A DNA stretch of 64,000 nucleotides from Spirochaetia bacterium (GCA_965140585.1 OZ223269.1:416001-480000), one strand, 5' to 3'. Shown: positions 1 through 12,302, counted from the stretch's first letter. Made by a program: numbers and translations. The notes: generated by a model not told the origin, from the sequence alone.

Positions 1-534
1 GAGGATCATTTTATAGCCGAAATAATTAATCCCGAAACACTGGAAGTTCTTCAAGACGGTGAGAAGGGGGAACTGGTTTTTACAACACTTACCAAACAAG
101 CTTTTCCTCTGATTAGATACCGCACAGGTGATATTTCAACGATCACCCGGGAAACATGTGTCTGCGGAAGAACTACGGCCAGAATTGAGCGAATAGGCGG
201 AAGAATTGATGATATGATCATCGTTGAAGGCAATAATCTTTTTCCCTCACAGATTGAGGCCATCCTTATAGACATTGAAGGTGTTGAACCGCATTTTCAG
301 ATCGTGCTTGATCGGGAAGAGGGCAGAGACAGTATTGAACTGAAGATAGAAGTAAGCCCTGACTTTCCTTCGCTTGATGAAGTTAAACATATAGAGAGCT
401 TCAAGGAGCGTGTAAGAGAGGACTTGCGGGTATCAGCTGGAATGCATGCCCGCATTACGCTGACTGAACCGGGAAGTCTTGGAAGGTCCTCCGGCGGCAA
501 GATCAGGCGTGTTATTGATAAACGGGAACTGTAA
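1..534 (+). CDS. paaK: phenylacetate-CoA ligase family protein, C-terminal part (5' end outside window)
   Basis: Frame 1 is open from base 1: EDHFIAEIINPETLE..GELVFTTLTKQAFPLIRYRTGD..GRIDDMIIVEGNNLFPSQIE..GKIRRVIDKR, a typical PaaK C-terminus. Confidence 0.85.
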   Translation, partial: EDHFIAEIINPETLEVLQDGEKGELVFTTLTKQAFPLIRYRTGDISTITRETCVCGRTTARIERIGGRIDDMIIVEGNNLFPSQIEAILIDIEGVEPHFQIVLDREEGRDSIELKIEVSPDFPSLDEVKHIESFKERVREDLRVSAGMHARITLTEPGSLGRSSGGKIRRVIDKREL

Positions 535-550
535 ACTTCAGGTTTGAGTT

Positions 551-593
551 TGATGCTTAAGCTGAGGGCTTAAAATTGAGCACTAAAGCATCA
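551..593. terminator. hairpin between convergent genes, possible terminator
   Basis: Outer inverted repeat TGATGCTT...AAGCATCA with an inner TTAAGC-tgagg-GCTTAA; no clean U tract. Confidence 0.35.
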
Positions 594-812
594 GGCTGAT
601 TTCGTCAGAATCTCCATCGCCTTATCTTTCATGTTCGGATACAGTGTATTGGGAACCGCATCCCTTCCCAATTTTTCAAATACCATATGACGCGCACAGG
701 TTGACCAGTTTCCCTGACAGTAGGTTTTTTTCATCAGGTTTGCTGTAGAAGGCATATCACCCATTTTATCATTGAAAAACGGACATCCTGGAAGGCATTC
801 ACAATCGGCCAT
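591..812 (-). CDS. small Cys-rich hypothetical protein (possible metal/Fe-S binding)
   Basis: 73 aa with CxCxxxCPFF and C-x6-C; GGAGG RBS upstream; TTGCAA-16-TATACT promoter (872..845). Confidence 0.75.
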   Translation of the reverse strand: MADCECLPGCPFFNDKMGDMPSTANLMKKTYCQGNWSTCARHMVFEKLGRDAVPNTLYPNMKDKAMEILTKSA

Positions 813-929
813 ATTTTTCCTCCAATAATTTCATTACTGATTTAAGTATAGTTAACAAAATATCCATTGCAAGTTAATAGTAAATTTTATGGTATTTTAT
901 TTCGATAATGAGAGGGGAGAGCAGATAAA

Positions 930-1844
930 TTGAATTTAGCGGCATTTATCGCACTGATATTGTCAATAATTATCCAGTTTGCTGCTGTAGTCCTTGCAAT
1001 CCGTTTTATCAGGCTAACCGATTACAGAGTATTCTGGCTTCTCATTTCAGCAGGTCTTGTCCTTATGATTGTTCGAAGGATAGCCCCTCTTTATTACCTG
1101 GTTTCAGATCCTGAGTACAAGATTGCTCTCTCAAATGAAATACTTGGAATTATAATATCGACACTTATGTTTTTCGGTCTTCGAGGTATAGGTGTCCTTT
1201 TTATGGAGCATCTTAAGATCGAGAAGGATATTAAGAAACTGCTTGAAGAGAAGCAGCTTTTATTGAAAGAAGTACATCACAGAATAAAAAATAACATGAG
1301 TACAATCAGCAGTCTTTTGTCGCTGCAGGCGGCACCACTTGAAGACCCTGTGGCTGTTGAAGCGCTTGATGATGCACGGACTCGTGTTGAAAGTATGACG
1401 CTTCTTTACGATAAGCTTTACCGGTCTGAAAACTTCTATGACGCTGATATCAGCGAATATATAGAATTGCTTGCAGATGAAATTATTGCCGGGTTTCCAG
1501 GGTCAGAGGCTGTGACTGTCAAAAAGGAACTGGAGAGTATCAATCTCGATGCCCGAAGGATACAGACTCTTGCTATTCTGATAAATGAGATACTTACCAA
1601 TACAATGAAGTATGCTTTTGGAAAAACAAAAGAACCTGAGATTGTAATAAAATCCTGTATCTCCGGTGATAAGGCAGTACTTTCTATTCATGACAACGGC
1701 AAGGGGATTCAGAAAGAACTTAATAAAAATAATTCTTCAGGATTCGGTATGACGCTGATATATGGTCTTGTTCAGCAGCTGGAAGGCACTTACAGCATCG
1801 TCCGCAACGGTGGTACCGAGGTAACAATCGAATTTAAACTTTAA
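930..1844 (+). CDS. membrane sensor histidine kinase, HisKA_2 type
   Basis: About 3 TM helices, H-box EVHHRIKNN, NEILTNTMKYAF, DNGKG, GFGM. Confidence 0.9.
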   Translation: MNLAAFIALILSIIIQFAAVVLAIRFIRLTDYRVFWLLISAGLVLMIVRRIAPLYYLVSDPEYKIALSNEILGIIISTLMFFGLRGIGVLFMEHLKIEKDIKKLLEEKQLLLKEVHHRIKNNMSTISSLLSLQAAPLEDPVAVEALDDARTRVESMTLLYDKLYRSENFYDADISEYIELLADEIIAGFPGSEAVTVKKELESINLDARRIQTLAILINEILTNTMKYAFGKTKEPEIVIKSCISGDKAVLSIHDNGKGIQKELNKNNSSGFGMTLIYGLVQQLEGTYSIVRNGGTEVTIEFKL

Positions 1845-1898
1845 TTCCCGAACTTCATCAGGGTTGTTTTTTTGCCCTTTTTCCGGTATGGTCAAGCC

Positions 1899-3530
1899 AT
1901 GTTAACTGTTAGCGATGTCTCCCTTTCTTTCGGCGAAAGGGCTCTTTTTAAAGACGTAAATATCAAATTTCTGCCGGGAAACTGTTATGGTGTTATCGGG
2001 GCAAACGGCGCCGGTAAATCGACTTTTCTTAAAATCCTCTCAGGTGAGCTTGAAGCTGACAAGGGAGATATTATTATAGGTCCAGGAGAACGAATGGCCG
2101 TTCTTAAGCAGGACCAGTTCGCCTTTGATGAATATTCACTGCTTCATACCGTTATAATGGGTCATCAGAAACTCTATGAAGTTATGACTGAAAAAGATGC
2201 CATCTATGAAAAGGCTGATTTTACTGAAGCAGACGGACTTCGAGCTGCTGAGCTTGAAGGTGAATTTGCTGAAATGAACGGCTGGGAGGCAGAAAGTGAA
2301 GCCGCTATTCTTCTAAGCCAGCTTGGAATATCCGAGGATCTTCACTACAAGGACATGAAAGACCTGGAGAGTAACCAGAAGGTACGAGTTCTTCTGGCTC
2401 AGGCCCTTTTCGGAAATCCTGACATCCTTCTTCTCGATGAGCCCACCAACAACCTGGATCTTGAATCAATTGCATGGCTTGAAGAGTTCCTTTATAAGTT
2501 TGACAACACCGTTATTGTAGTCTCACACGACAGACACTTTCTTAACAGGGTATGCACTCATATAGCAGATGTTGATTTCGGAAAGATTAAACTATTTGTT
2601 GGAAACTATGACTTCTGGTACTTGGCAAGCCAGCTTGCCCTGAAGCAGATGAAAGACGACAAGAGAAGACGTGAAGACAAGGTTGCGGAACTCAAGGAGT
2701 TTATTCAGCGCTTCAGTTCAAATGCGTCAAAGGCCAAGCAGGCAACCAGCCGTAAAAAGCTTATTGATAAACTTACTATAGATGATATCGAACCTTCCTC
2801 AAGGAAGTTTCCCTATGTTGAGTTTAAGCCTGACAGGGAGCCTGGAAATAATATACTCACTATTGATGGCCTGAATAAAACCGTTGACGGTGAGCATGTA
2901 CTTAAAGATTTCAGCCTGACAATGAACCGTGATGACAAGATCGCCTTTGTTGGCCCCATGCACAGCACTAAGACCGCGCTGTTCGACATCCTTTCAGGCA
3001 ATATCGAAGCTGATTCAGGTGAATTCAACTGGGGCGTTACCATAACTACCTCATACTTTCCGAAAGACAATTCAGAATTTTTTGATGTCGATATGTCGAT
3101 TGTAGACTGGCTGACCCAGTACAAGATTGATGATGAAACCGATGTCAGAAGCTTTCTGGGACGGATGCTTTTCAGCGGTGAAGAATCACTTAAAAAGGTC
3201 AAGGTTCTTTCCGGAGGCGAGAAGGTCCGCTGTATGCTCTCAATGATGATGCTCAAGGGCGCCAACGGCCTTATTATGGATGAACCGACAAACCATCTGG
3301 ACCTTGAATCTATAACAGCACTAAACAATGCGCTTATCAAGTTCCCGGGAGTTTTAATGTTCAACTCTCATGACCACCAGTTTGTTCACTCAATAGCCAA
3401 CAGGATTATAGAGTTCACTCCCGAGGGTATAATTGACCGGATGATGCCGTTTGACGAGTACCTTGCAAGCGAGGATGTCAGAAACCTCCGAGACTCAATG
3501 TGGCATGGTCATCACGGCCTTGATATCTGA
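1899..3530 (+). CDS. ABC-F family ATPase (YbiT/YkpA-like)
   Basis: Two NBDs (GANGAGKST, LLLDEPTNNLD; LSGGE, DEPTNHLD), no TM. ATG 1899 preferred over TTG 1872. Confidence 0.92.
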   Translation: MLTVSDVSLSFGERALFKDVNIKFLPGNCYGVIGANGAGKSTFLKILSGELEADKGDIIIGPGERMAVLKQDQFAFDEYSLLHTVIMGHQKLYEVMTEKDAIYEKADFTEADGLRAAELEGEFAEMNGWEAESEAAILLSQLGISEDLHYKDMKDLESNQKVRVLLAQALFGNPDILLLDEPTNNLDLESIAWLEEFLYKFDNTVIVVSHDRHFLNRVCTHIADVDFGKIKLFVGNYDFWYLASQLALKQMKDDKRRREDKVAELKEFIQRFSSNASKAKQATSRKKLIDKLTIDDIEPSSRKFPYVEFKPDREPGNNILTIDGLNKTVDGEHVLKDFSLTMNRDDKIAFVGPMHSTKTALFDILSGNIEADSGEFNWGVTITTSYFPKDNSEFFDVDMSIVDWLTQYKIDDETDVRSFLGRMLFSGEESLKKVKVLSGGEKVRCMLSMMMLKGANGLIMDEPTNHLDLESITALNNALIKFPGVLMFNSHDHQFVHSIANRIIEFTPEGIIDRMMPFDEYLASEDVRNLRDSMWHGHHGLDI

Positions 3531-3548
3531 TTAAACAGAGGTGCCGCC

Positions 3549-4196
3549 ATGGTAGTTCTCTACTATCTTGATATTTTCGGTACTGTAATTTTTGCAATAA
3601 CTGGCGCCTTTAAGGCTATCCGGCATGAGCTTGATATCCTGGGCGTCTGTGTACTTTCACTTATCACCGGAGTAGGAGGGGGAATCTTTCGCGACCTGCT
3701 TCTGGGTGATACCCCGCCGGCAGCCTTCCGTAATGAAACATATTTTATCGCCTGTATTGCCACAGGTATTCTTACAGCCCTTCTTGCCCCGCGAATAGCA
3801 AAAATATGGAAACTCGTAAAAGTGCTCGATGCTGTAGGGCTTGGTGTATTCACGGCTATAGGCGCAGCGAAGGGCGCCGCCTTTGATCTCGGCATAGTAG
3901 GAATACTTCTTACCGGAGCACTCACTGCTACCGGCGGCGGAATGCTGCGTGATGTCCTTGTCCGTGAAATCCCCGGCATTATCAGCCGTGATTTTTATGC
4001 AACAGCCTCGTTTGCAGGCGCCGGGGTATATATCCTCTCGGCACATATTGGAATGTCTCCGGACCTCTCCATTTTTACTGCTTTTGCCTTAACCACAGTG
4101 TTCAGGCTGCTTGCTATGAAGACCGGCCTTTCTCTTCCGAAGGTAAAACGAATTCCCGGTTTTAAAGGAAGTTCGAAAGACTTCGAAGAGGGGTAA
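3549..4196 (+). CDS. TRIC/UPF0126 family membrane protein (YadS/YicG-like)
   Basis: Duplicated GGGxxRDxL motif, multiple TM helices. Confidence 0.9.
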   Translation: MVVLYYLDIFGTVIFAITGAFKAIRHELDILGVCVLSLITGVGGGIFRDLLLGDTPPAAFRNETYFIACIATGILTALLAPRIAKIWKLVKVLDAVGLGVFTAIGAAKGAAFDLGIVGILLTGALTATGGGMLRDVLVREIPGIISRDFYATASFAGAGVYILSAHIGMSPDLSIFTAFALTTVFRLLAMKTGLSLPKVKRIPGFKGSSKDFEEG

Positions 4197-4237
4197 AATA
4201 GTTGTCTTTATCAATTTTTATAGCTATATTTCTATAG

Positions 4238-5419
<1,182 letters not shown>

Positions 5420-5433
5420 TCCGGAGACTATCA

Positions 5434-6399
5434 ATGGGAAAGAAAGATTTAATTGGAGGTTCCCTCTGGGAACAGTATTCAGATAAAGTAAGCAGCAGAA
5501 TGAATGAGCCTAAATACATGGGTGAAATTACCGAGGCAGAGGCTGCTGCAAAAAATGCTAAGCTGATAGTTGCGGATTACGGAGCTGATGCCTGCGGCGA
5601 CGCTGTTCGTCTGTACTGGATGGTTGACACAGCTACCGATAAAATCCTTGACGCAAGATTTAAGAGTTTCGGCTGCGGAACTGCTATTGCTTCAAGTGAT
5701 GTAATGGCAGAAATGTGTATAGGGCTTACCGTTGATGAAGCAGTAAAAATAACAAACCTTGATGTTGAAAAGAATCTGCGTGATTCACCCGATACTCCTG
5801 CGGTTCCCCCCCAGAAGATGCATTGTTCGGTTATGGCCTACGATGTAATCAAGAAAGCCGCATCATTATACAAGAATGTTGATATGTCTGTTTTCGAAGA
5901 GGAAGAGATTGTCTGTGAATGTGCAAGGGTATCACTCAGTACTATCAAAGAGGTTATTAAACTCAATGATCTCAAGACTGTAGAAGAGATAACCCAGTAT
6001 ACAAAGGCCGGTGCTTTCTGCAAGTCCTGTGTGAAACCGGGCGGCCATGAAGAGAGAAAATTTCATCTTGAAGATATACTGCGCGATACAAGGGCGGAAA
6101 TGGAAAAAGACAGACTCAACGCCGGTCCTGAAGACAAGGCTTTTTCAGAGCTTACTCTGATACAGAAGCATAAGGCTGTAGAAAAGGCAATAGAAGAGTC
6201 AATTCTGCCAATCCTTAATGCTGACGGCGGAAGCGTTGAAGTCGTTGATATGAAAGACGAAGATGATTTTACTAATATTTTCATAAGGTACAAGGGTGCA
6301 TGCGCAGGCTGTGCAGCCAGCAGAACCGGTACTTTTGAGGCAATTAGCGATACTCTTAAAAACAAGGTAGATAAATCAATCAAGGTCCATATATTATGA
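5434..6399 (+). CDS. nifU: Fe-S scaffold NifU (IscU + Fer2_BFD + Nfu domains)
   Basis: ACGD, FGCG, KMHCS; CEC..CKSC; DGGSVE..YKGACAGC. Confidence 0.93.
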   Translation: MGKKDLIGGSLWEQYSDKVSSRMNEPKYMGEITEAEAAAKNAKLIVADYGADACGDAVRLYWMVDTATDKILDARFKSFGCGTAIASSDVMAEMCIGLTVDEAVKITNLDVEKNLRDSPDTPAVPPQKMHCSVMAYDVIKKAASLYKNVDMSVFEEEEIVCECARVSLSTIKEVIKLNDLKTVEEITQYTKAGAFCKSCVKPGGHEERKFHLEDILRDTRAEMEKDRLNAGPEDKAFSELTLIQKHKAVEKAIEESILPILNADGGSVEVVDMKDEDDFTNIFIRYKGACAGCAASRTGTFEAISDTLKNKVDKSIKVHIL

Positions 6400-7331
6400 G
6401 GGCTGATAATGTCGCCGGACTAATCGGTAATACACCACTTGTTCGTATAAACCGTGTCTGCGGCAGCAATGCCGAGGTTCTTGCTAAACTCGAATATTTT
6501 AATCCGGGCAGTTCTGTAAAAGACAGAATTGCCCTGGCTCTTATAGAGGACGCTGAAAAGCGCGGACTTTTAAAAGAAAACACGGTTATAGTTGAGCCGA
6601 CAAGCGGCAACACGGGAATAGGCCTTGCAATGGTCTGTGCTGTCAGGGGCTACCGGCTTGTTCTAACCATGCCTGATACAATGAGTATTGAACGAAGACA
6701 GGTTCTTGCCGGCTTCGGTGCAGAACTTGTGCTTACGCCCGGAACAGAAGGCATGAAGGGTGCTATCAATAGAGCTGAGCAGATTGCTTCTGAAAGTGAA
6801 TCCTCCTTTATCCCGGGTCAGTTTATTAATCCTTCCAATCCTGATATGCATTACCGGACTACTGCAGCTGAAATCTGGAAAGACAGCAATGGTCTTGTTG
6901 ATATTCTTATTGCCTGTGTAGGAACCGGAGGAACCCTCAGCGGTACTGCAAAGGGTATTAAGGAGCTTAATCCAGATCTTGAAGTTATTGCTGTAGAGCC
7001 GGAAACCTCTCCGGTAATTACTCAGAAGCTGGAAGGTAAAGTGCTGAAGCCCGGAAGTCATAAGATTCAGGGAATAGGCGCCGGCTTTATTCCTGATAAC
7101 CTTGATCTCTCCATTGTAGACAGTGTTATAAAAGTAAAAGACAATGATGCCATGGATTTCTCAAGAAGACTGATGAAAGAAGAGGGCATCTTCTGCGGGA
7201 TATCAGCAGGTGCTGCTGCATACGCAGCCTTTCAAACTGCATCGCTTCCTGAAAATAAAGATAAAACAATTGTATTCATAGTCCCTGATACCGGTGAAAG
7301 ATATCTTTCTTCCGGACTTTTTACAGAATAA
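6396..7331 (+). CDS. cysK: cysteine synthase A
   Basis: IGNTPLV, NPGSSVKDR, EPTSGNTG, GTGGT, HKIQGIG. Confidence 0.95.
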   Translation: MRADNVAGLIGNTPLVRINRVCGSNAEVLAKLEYFNPGSSVKDRIALALIEDAEKRGLLKENTVIVEPTSGNTGIGLAMVCAVRGYRLVLTMPDTMSIERRQVLAGFGAELVLTPGTEGMKGAINRAEQIASESESSFIPGQFINPSNPDMHYRTTAAEIWKDSNGLVDILIACVGTGGTLSGTAKGIKELNPDLEVIAVEPETSPVITQKLEGKVLKPGSHKIQGIGAGFIPDNLDLSIVDSVIKVKDNDAMDFSRRLMKEEGIFCGISAGAAAYAAFQTASLPENKDKTIVFIVPDTGERYLSSGLFTE

Positions 7332-7352
7332 ACTCACACCACAGGAGTCAGA

Positions 7353-8249
7353 ATGTCAGAATCGCAAGACATAAAACTTGATTTACAGAAAGTTGTTTCA
7401 GAACTGTGTCAGCCTGAATCATATAAAAGAGTATTCTTTAAATCACATCATCACGACATGCATATGCCTGATGTTGAAGAACTTAAGAAGGCTGTTGAGC
7501 TGCTGCGTTCTGTTCTTTTTCCCGGATATTACATACATACCGAACTGCGGGAAGATACAATGGATTTCTACATCGGTGCAACTCTTGATAAGTGTTACTC
7601 TATTCTTGCTGAACAGCTTCGCCGCGGATTCTGTTTTTCCTGTATAAGTGATTCTGTATGCTCAGTCTGTGAATCAAGTTCACAGAAAGCTGTAAAAGGC
7701 CTTTTTGAAAAATTGCCGTATATCCGACATATGCTGGTCACCGATGCCGAAGCGGCCTACGAAGGCGACCCGGCAGCACGAAGTATCGGCGAGGCTATAT
7801 TCTGCTACCCGAGCATCCGGGCACTTACAAATCATCGTATCGCCCATGAGCTGTATAAACTGGGCGTACCTATTATTCCGCGGCTGATTAGTGAAATGGC
7901 CCACTCCGAAGCGGGAATAGACATTCATCCCGGTGCAACAATAGGCGAGCGGTTCTTTATTGACCATGGAACAGGAACCGTAATAGGAGAAACCTCAATA
8001 ATCGGACGGAACGTAAGGATCTACCAGGGGGTAACTCTAGGAGCAAAGAGCTTTCCAAAAGATGAAGACGGTAACCCCATTAAAAACATTCCCCGCCATC
8101 CGATAGTTGAAGATGATGTGATAGTTTATGCAGGTGCCACAGTTCTGGGCCGTGTAACCATCGGGAAGGGTGTAGAAATCGGTGGTAATGTATGGATTAC
8201 AAGGGATATCCCTGCCGGAGAAAGAGTTCTGCAGCGACGGGGAGATTAA
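7353..8249 (+). CDS. cysE: serine O-acetyltransferase (long EpsC-type)
   Basis: GDPAA, GIDIHPGA, FFIDHGTG, YQGVTLG, RHP hexapeptide region. Confidence 0.92.
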   Translation: MSESQDIKLDLQKVVSELCQPESYKRVFFKSHHHDMHMPDVEELKKAVELLRSVLFPGYYIHTELREDTMDFYIGATLDKCYSILAEQLRRGFCFSCISDSVCSVCESSSQKAVKGLFEKLPYIRHMLVTDAEAAYEGDPAARSIGEAIFCYPSIRALTNHRIAHELYKLGVPIIPRLISEMAHSEAGIDIHPGATIGERFFIDHGTGTVIGETSIIGRNVRIYQGVTLGAKSFPKDEDGNPIKNIPRHPIVEDDVIVYAGATVLGRVTIGKGVEIGGNVWITRDIPAGERVLQRRGD

Positions 8250-8500
8250 AAGAACCCGTCGAGAGTCTCTGCCGGGATGGTAATCACTTCAAGCCTGTCC
8301 AGATAAAGCCGGCATTCAGAAATCTTTTCTTCGGGCATAGTCCGGACAACAAATTTGCTTATATACAGAGGGAACCGGTTTGATACTGCAACGTCTCGCT
8401 GAATTATATAATCCGGTATTTCAGCTGAGAACTCTTCCCCTCCTGTATATTTTAGGCTTGATTCAATATGTTTCCCGTTTGCAGGATCGACCCTGAATGG
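8246..8500 (-). pseudogene. C-terminal remnant of FlaA-like flagellar sheath protein, 5' truncated
   Basis: SLKYTG(G)EEFSAEIPDYIIQ..LYISKFVVRTMPEE..LYLDRLEVIT..ETLDG follows the spirochaete FlaA C-terminal pattern LxF/YxGW..IP..I.Q..KF...T.P.E..YxD as I recall it. The conserved W codon reads GGG. No credible start. Confidence 0.55.
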
Positions 8501-11500
8501 TTTGAAAGAATTTGAGCTTTTTTTTAAAAATATGCCGAGTACCAATAAAGCCGCTTTTGTTATTATTCAACACCTGTCTACAAATCACAAAAGTATCCTC
8601 GCGGATATTTTAAGCCGTTATTCAAATATGGAAACACATCAGATTGAGGACGGTATGAAAGTCGAACCGGGGAAAGTATACATTATTCCGCCTAATAATC
8701 TGGTTTTTCTGGAAAATGATAAACTAATTCTGAAAAAACGCTATGATAAGCCTATCGTAAACCAGCCGATTGATGTTTTTTTTAATTCTTTAAAAGAAAA
8801 TAATGCCAGACGTTCAATAGCTGTAATTCTTTCAGGAACAGGTTCTGACGGCTCAGTTGGAATTAAAGCAGTGAAACAAGCAGGAGGGCTTACGTTAGTA
8901 CAGCAGCCGGACACTGCTGATTATGATGGTATGCCAATAATTGCAATAAGGACCGGTCTGATTGATTATGTAATTGCTGTTTCTGACATGCCTGAGGTTA
9001 TCCTTGAATATATAAAAAATGATTTTAAACAGGCTAAATTAATATCGGACGATGAGAATACGGAAAAGGAAATAAATCAGATTTTTGAAATTATTAAAAA
9101 TCATACAGGTCACGATTTTTCAAATTATAAACGTAATACAATAATCAGGATAATTGAAAGGCGCCTCACCGCCAATATAATGGGTAATCTGTCATCATAC
9201 ATTGATTTTTTAAAAAAAGAAGAGCCTGAAATTAAATTGCTTACAAAAGACCTTTTGATAAGTGTAACAAGTTCTTTTAGAGATACAGATACTTTCACTT
9301 ATATTGAAAGAAGTGTCATTCCCGAAATCTTCACGGATAAACAAGGTTGTACTGTTAGAGTCTGGGTTCCCGCCTGTGCAACAGGCGAGGAGGCGTATAC
9401 ATGGGCTTTGATGCTCAAAAATTACATAGATGAGAATGATTTGGAAAATGAGATTCAGGTTTTTGCTTCTGACATTGATACAGAGGCTTTAGATAAAGCC
9501 CGGGAAGGTTTGTATTCCGAGAATATTGTTTCAGATGTACCTGTAAAAATTCTGGAAAGATATTTTATAAAAGAAAGCCGTGGATTCAGAATAAAAAAAG
9601 CAATTCGTGAAACTGTAATATTTGCTGAACAGAATCTTGTGCAGGATCCCCCGTATTCAAGACTGGACATAATCAGCTGCAGGAATCTGCTTATTTACCT
9701 TGATAACTATCTTCAGTATAAGGCAATATCAATATTCCATTATGCTTTAAATAGCAACGGATGTCTGGTTCTTGGAAATTCTGAAAGTCTGGGAAATTCG
9801 GCTAGATTTTATAAGGTGGTAGATAGAAAAAATAAAATTTTTCGAAAAATTGACAGCAGTGAAATGGTGGCTAAGGTATGGAATATGAAAGGCAGAACAG
9901 TTAACTGGATGATAAAAAGACTTTTAAGGAACCTATTTCAGAAATTGTAAAGGATTTTGTTCTTGAAAAATTTGCACCCCCGGGAGTTGTGATAGATGAG
10001 CAGGGTACCATGGTGTTCGCCCTGGGGAAAACCGGGAATTATCTTGAAATTACAACCGGTAATGTAACCAATAATATAACTAAAATGGCAAGAGAGGGGA
10101 TTAAGTTTCCTCTTTCTAATGCTATTCGTAATGCAAGAAAATCAAATTCAGAAGTAATTGTTCACAATGTTAAATTGGATATCAACGGGATATTGATATT
10201 ATAGTCTCTCCATTAAGCTATCAGCAGAAAGATACGAAACTTTTTTTTGTAGTTTTTAAGACTGTGGAACCCTTCAGCAAACAATTGCTGGAAAATAATA
10301 TTAATATACCTGATACATCCGCCATTTTTGAGCTTGAAAAAGAGCTGGCTGAGAAAGAGCAGTATCTTCAGCATACTATCGAAGAACTGGAAACTACTAA
10401 TGAGGAATTAAAATCCTCTAATGAGGAAGCCCAGTCAACTAATGAAGAGTTGCAGAGCACTAATGAAGAACTGGAAACATCCAAGGAAGAGCTTCAGTCG
10501 GTTAATGAAGAACTGACTACAACAAATAATGAGCTTTCGCTGAAACTGGATGAACTTAACAGATTAAATAGTCAGCTTAATAACCTTCTCTCTGCTACAG
10601 AAATTGCAACAATTTTTATAGATAAGGAGCTGAAGATCTTTAATTTTACTCCTGCTATTTCTATCATCACTGAACTACTCATTTCCGATATCGGGCGCTC
10701 AATTAAACAGTTTACCAACAATCTGAAATATAAAAATCTTATACTGGATATTAACTCAGTGCTGAATACTTTAATACCAAAAGAATCGGAAGTTGAAAGT
10801 GTTGACGGCAGATGTTTCTGGATGCGCATTATTCCATACCGTACTATCGATGATAAAATAGAAGGAGTTGTGCTTACTTTTACCGAAATTACCAGGCGTA
10901 TTGAAATTGAAAAGGCCCTGAAAGAAAGCGAAGAAAAATACCGAGAGACCTATGAAAATTCTCCAGACTCGATAATCATCCATGATCTTGATATGAATAT
11001 AGGTGATTTGCAAATATTAAATGGATTTAACGCAACTTTAAAATATCAGAATTATATAAAAAAGGACAGAACAGCGGCGAATTTGAATTTATCAGTAAGC
11101 AGGGTGACAGGAAAACAGCATTGTACAGAGCAATTCGTGTTCATAAGGATTTTAATGTAAGCATGCTTTTTGATATCACAGAAAGAAAGAACGCAATGCA
11201 TGAGCTTAAGGTAAACCAGCTGTTCCTCCAGAAAGCGCAGGAGATTGGAATAATAGGGACCTGGCATCTAAATCTCGAAACTAATGTACTCTTATGGACA
11301 AAGGAGAATTATAAAATATTCGGTATTAAAGAAAATACACCAATCAATTATGAACTTTTTATAAATTGCGTGCATCCTGAAGATCGGGTTTATGTTGATG
11401 CTGAATGGAAAAAAGGCATTGATAAAAAATATTATGATATTGAGCATCGGGTTGTAAGCAATGGTGAAATCAAATGGGTCAGGGAAAAAGCCGATTTTGT

Positions 11501-12302
11501 TTTTGATGATTCGGGAGCCCCTGTCGAGGCCTTCGGCGTTACTCAGGATATTTCCAAAAGTAAAGAATATGAACTTAAATTGAAAGAATATACAGAGCAG
11601 TTAAGTATAATGAATCAGGACAAGGATGATTTTATTTCAATACTTGCACATGATCTTAAAAATCATCTCCATGGTCTTGTAGGCATTTCAAATACAATTT
11701 TAAAGAATTTTGACAACTTTGAAAAATCGAGTATTAAAGAGTATATGAATATGATTCATGAGTCAGCAACAAAGACCAAAAATCTGCTGCTTCAGACACT
11801 TCAATGGGTGAACCCTGAAACAAATGTACTTAAAGAGCAGAAAACTGAATTTTCAGTTTTGGAAGCAGTAAACGCTGAATTGAATCTTTTAATGCCGGTT
11901 GCTGAAACTAAAAATATCAGTATTTCAACGAAGGTTGAACCCGATTTGTTTCTGTATATGAACAAGGGAATTTTTGATGTGGTTACACGTAATATTATTG
12001 GCAACGCAATAAAATTTACACCCAGAGACGGACGAATTGAAATCAGAGCCATAGCAAAGAAAGAGAAGACTAAAATCAGTATTTCCGATACGGGTGTCGG
12101 GATGACAGAGGAAAATATTGGAGATCTTTTCAAATCCACTTTACGTAATTTCAGGCATGGGACTGATGATGAAGAGGGTACCGGACTTGGATTGAGGATA
12201 TGCAACAAACTTTTAAAAACAATAAACAGCAGGATTGAAGTTCAAAGTTCTCCCGGAAAAGGTTCTACTTTCTCATTTTCAATTTCGAATCAATATGAAT
12301 AA
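8499..12302 (+). pseudogene. fragmented CheB-CheR-PAS-coiled coil-PAS-histidine kinase fusion
   Basis: Four ORF pieces: 8502-9950 (CheB QHL/GTGSDG; CheR ACATGEEAY/CRNLLIY), 9989-10204 (PAS), 10264-11160 (NEEL heptads + PAS), 11121-12302 (PAS + AHDLKN HisKA + HATPase). Frame breaks near 9900, 10200 and 11010. The N-terminal GxSxGG of CheB is missing. Confidence 0.85.
10399..10536 (+). repeat. 21-nt period coding repeat (NEEL heptads)
   Basis: AATGA(A/G)GA at 10399, 10420, 10441, 10462 and 10504; coiled coil typical of CheB/CheR fusions. Confidence 0.8.

Noticed and set aside
10399-10536. 21-nt periodic repeats as a possible CRISPR array or VNTR
   Set aside because: Degenerate, with no spacers; explained by the NEEL coiled-coil heptads of CheB/CheR fusions.
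8499-12302. Programmed frameshifting or recoding to rescue the CheB-CheR fusion
   Set aside because: Several breaks, an apparent internal deletion and a lost N-terminus fit decay better.
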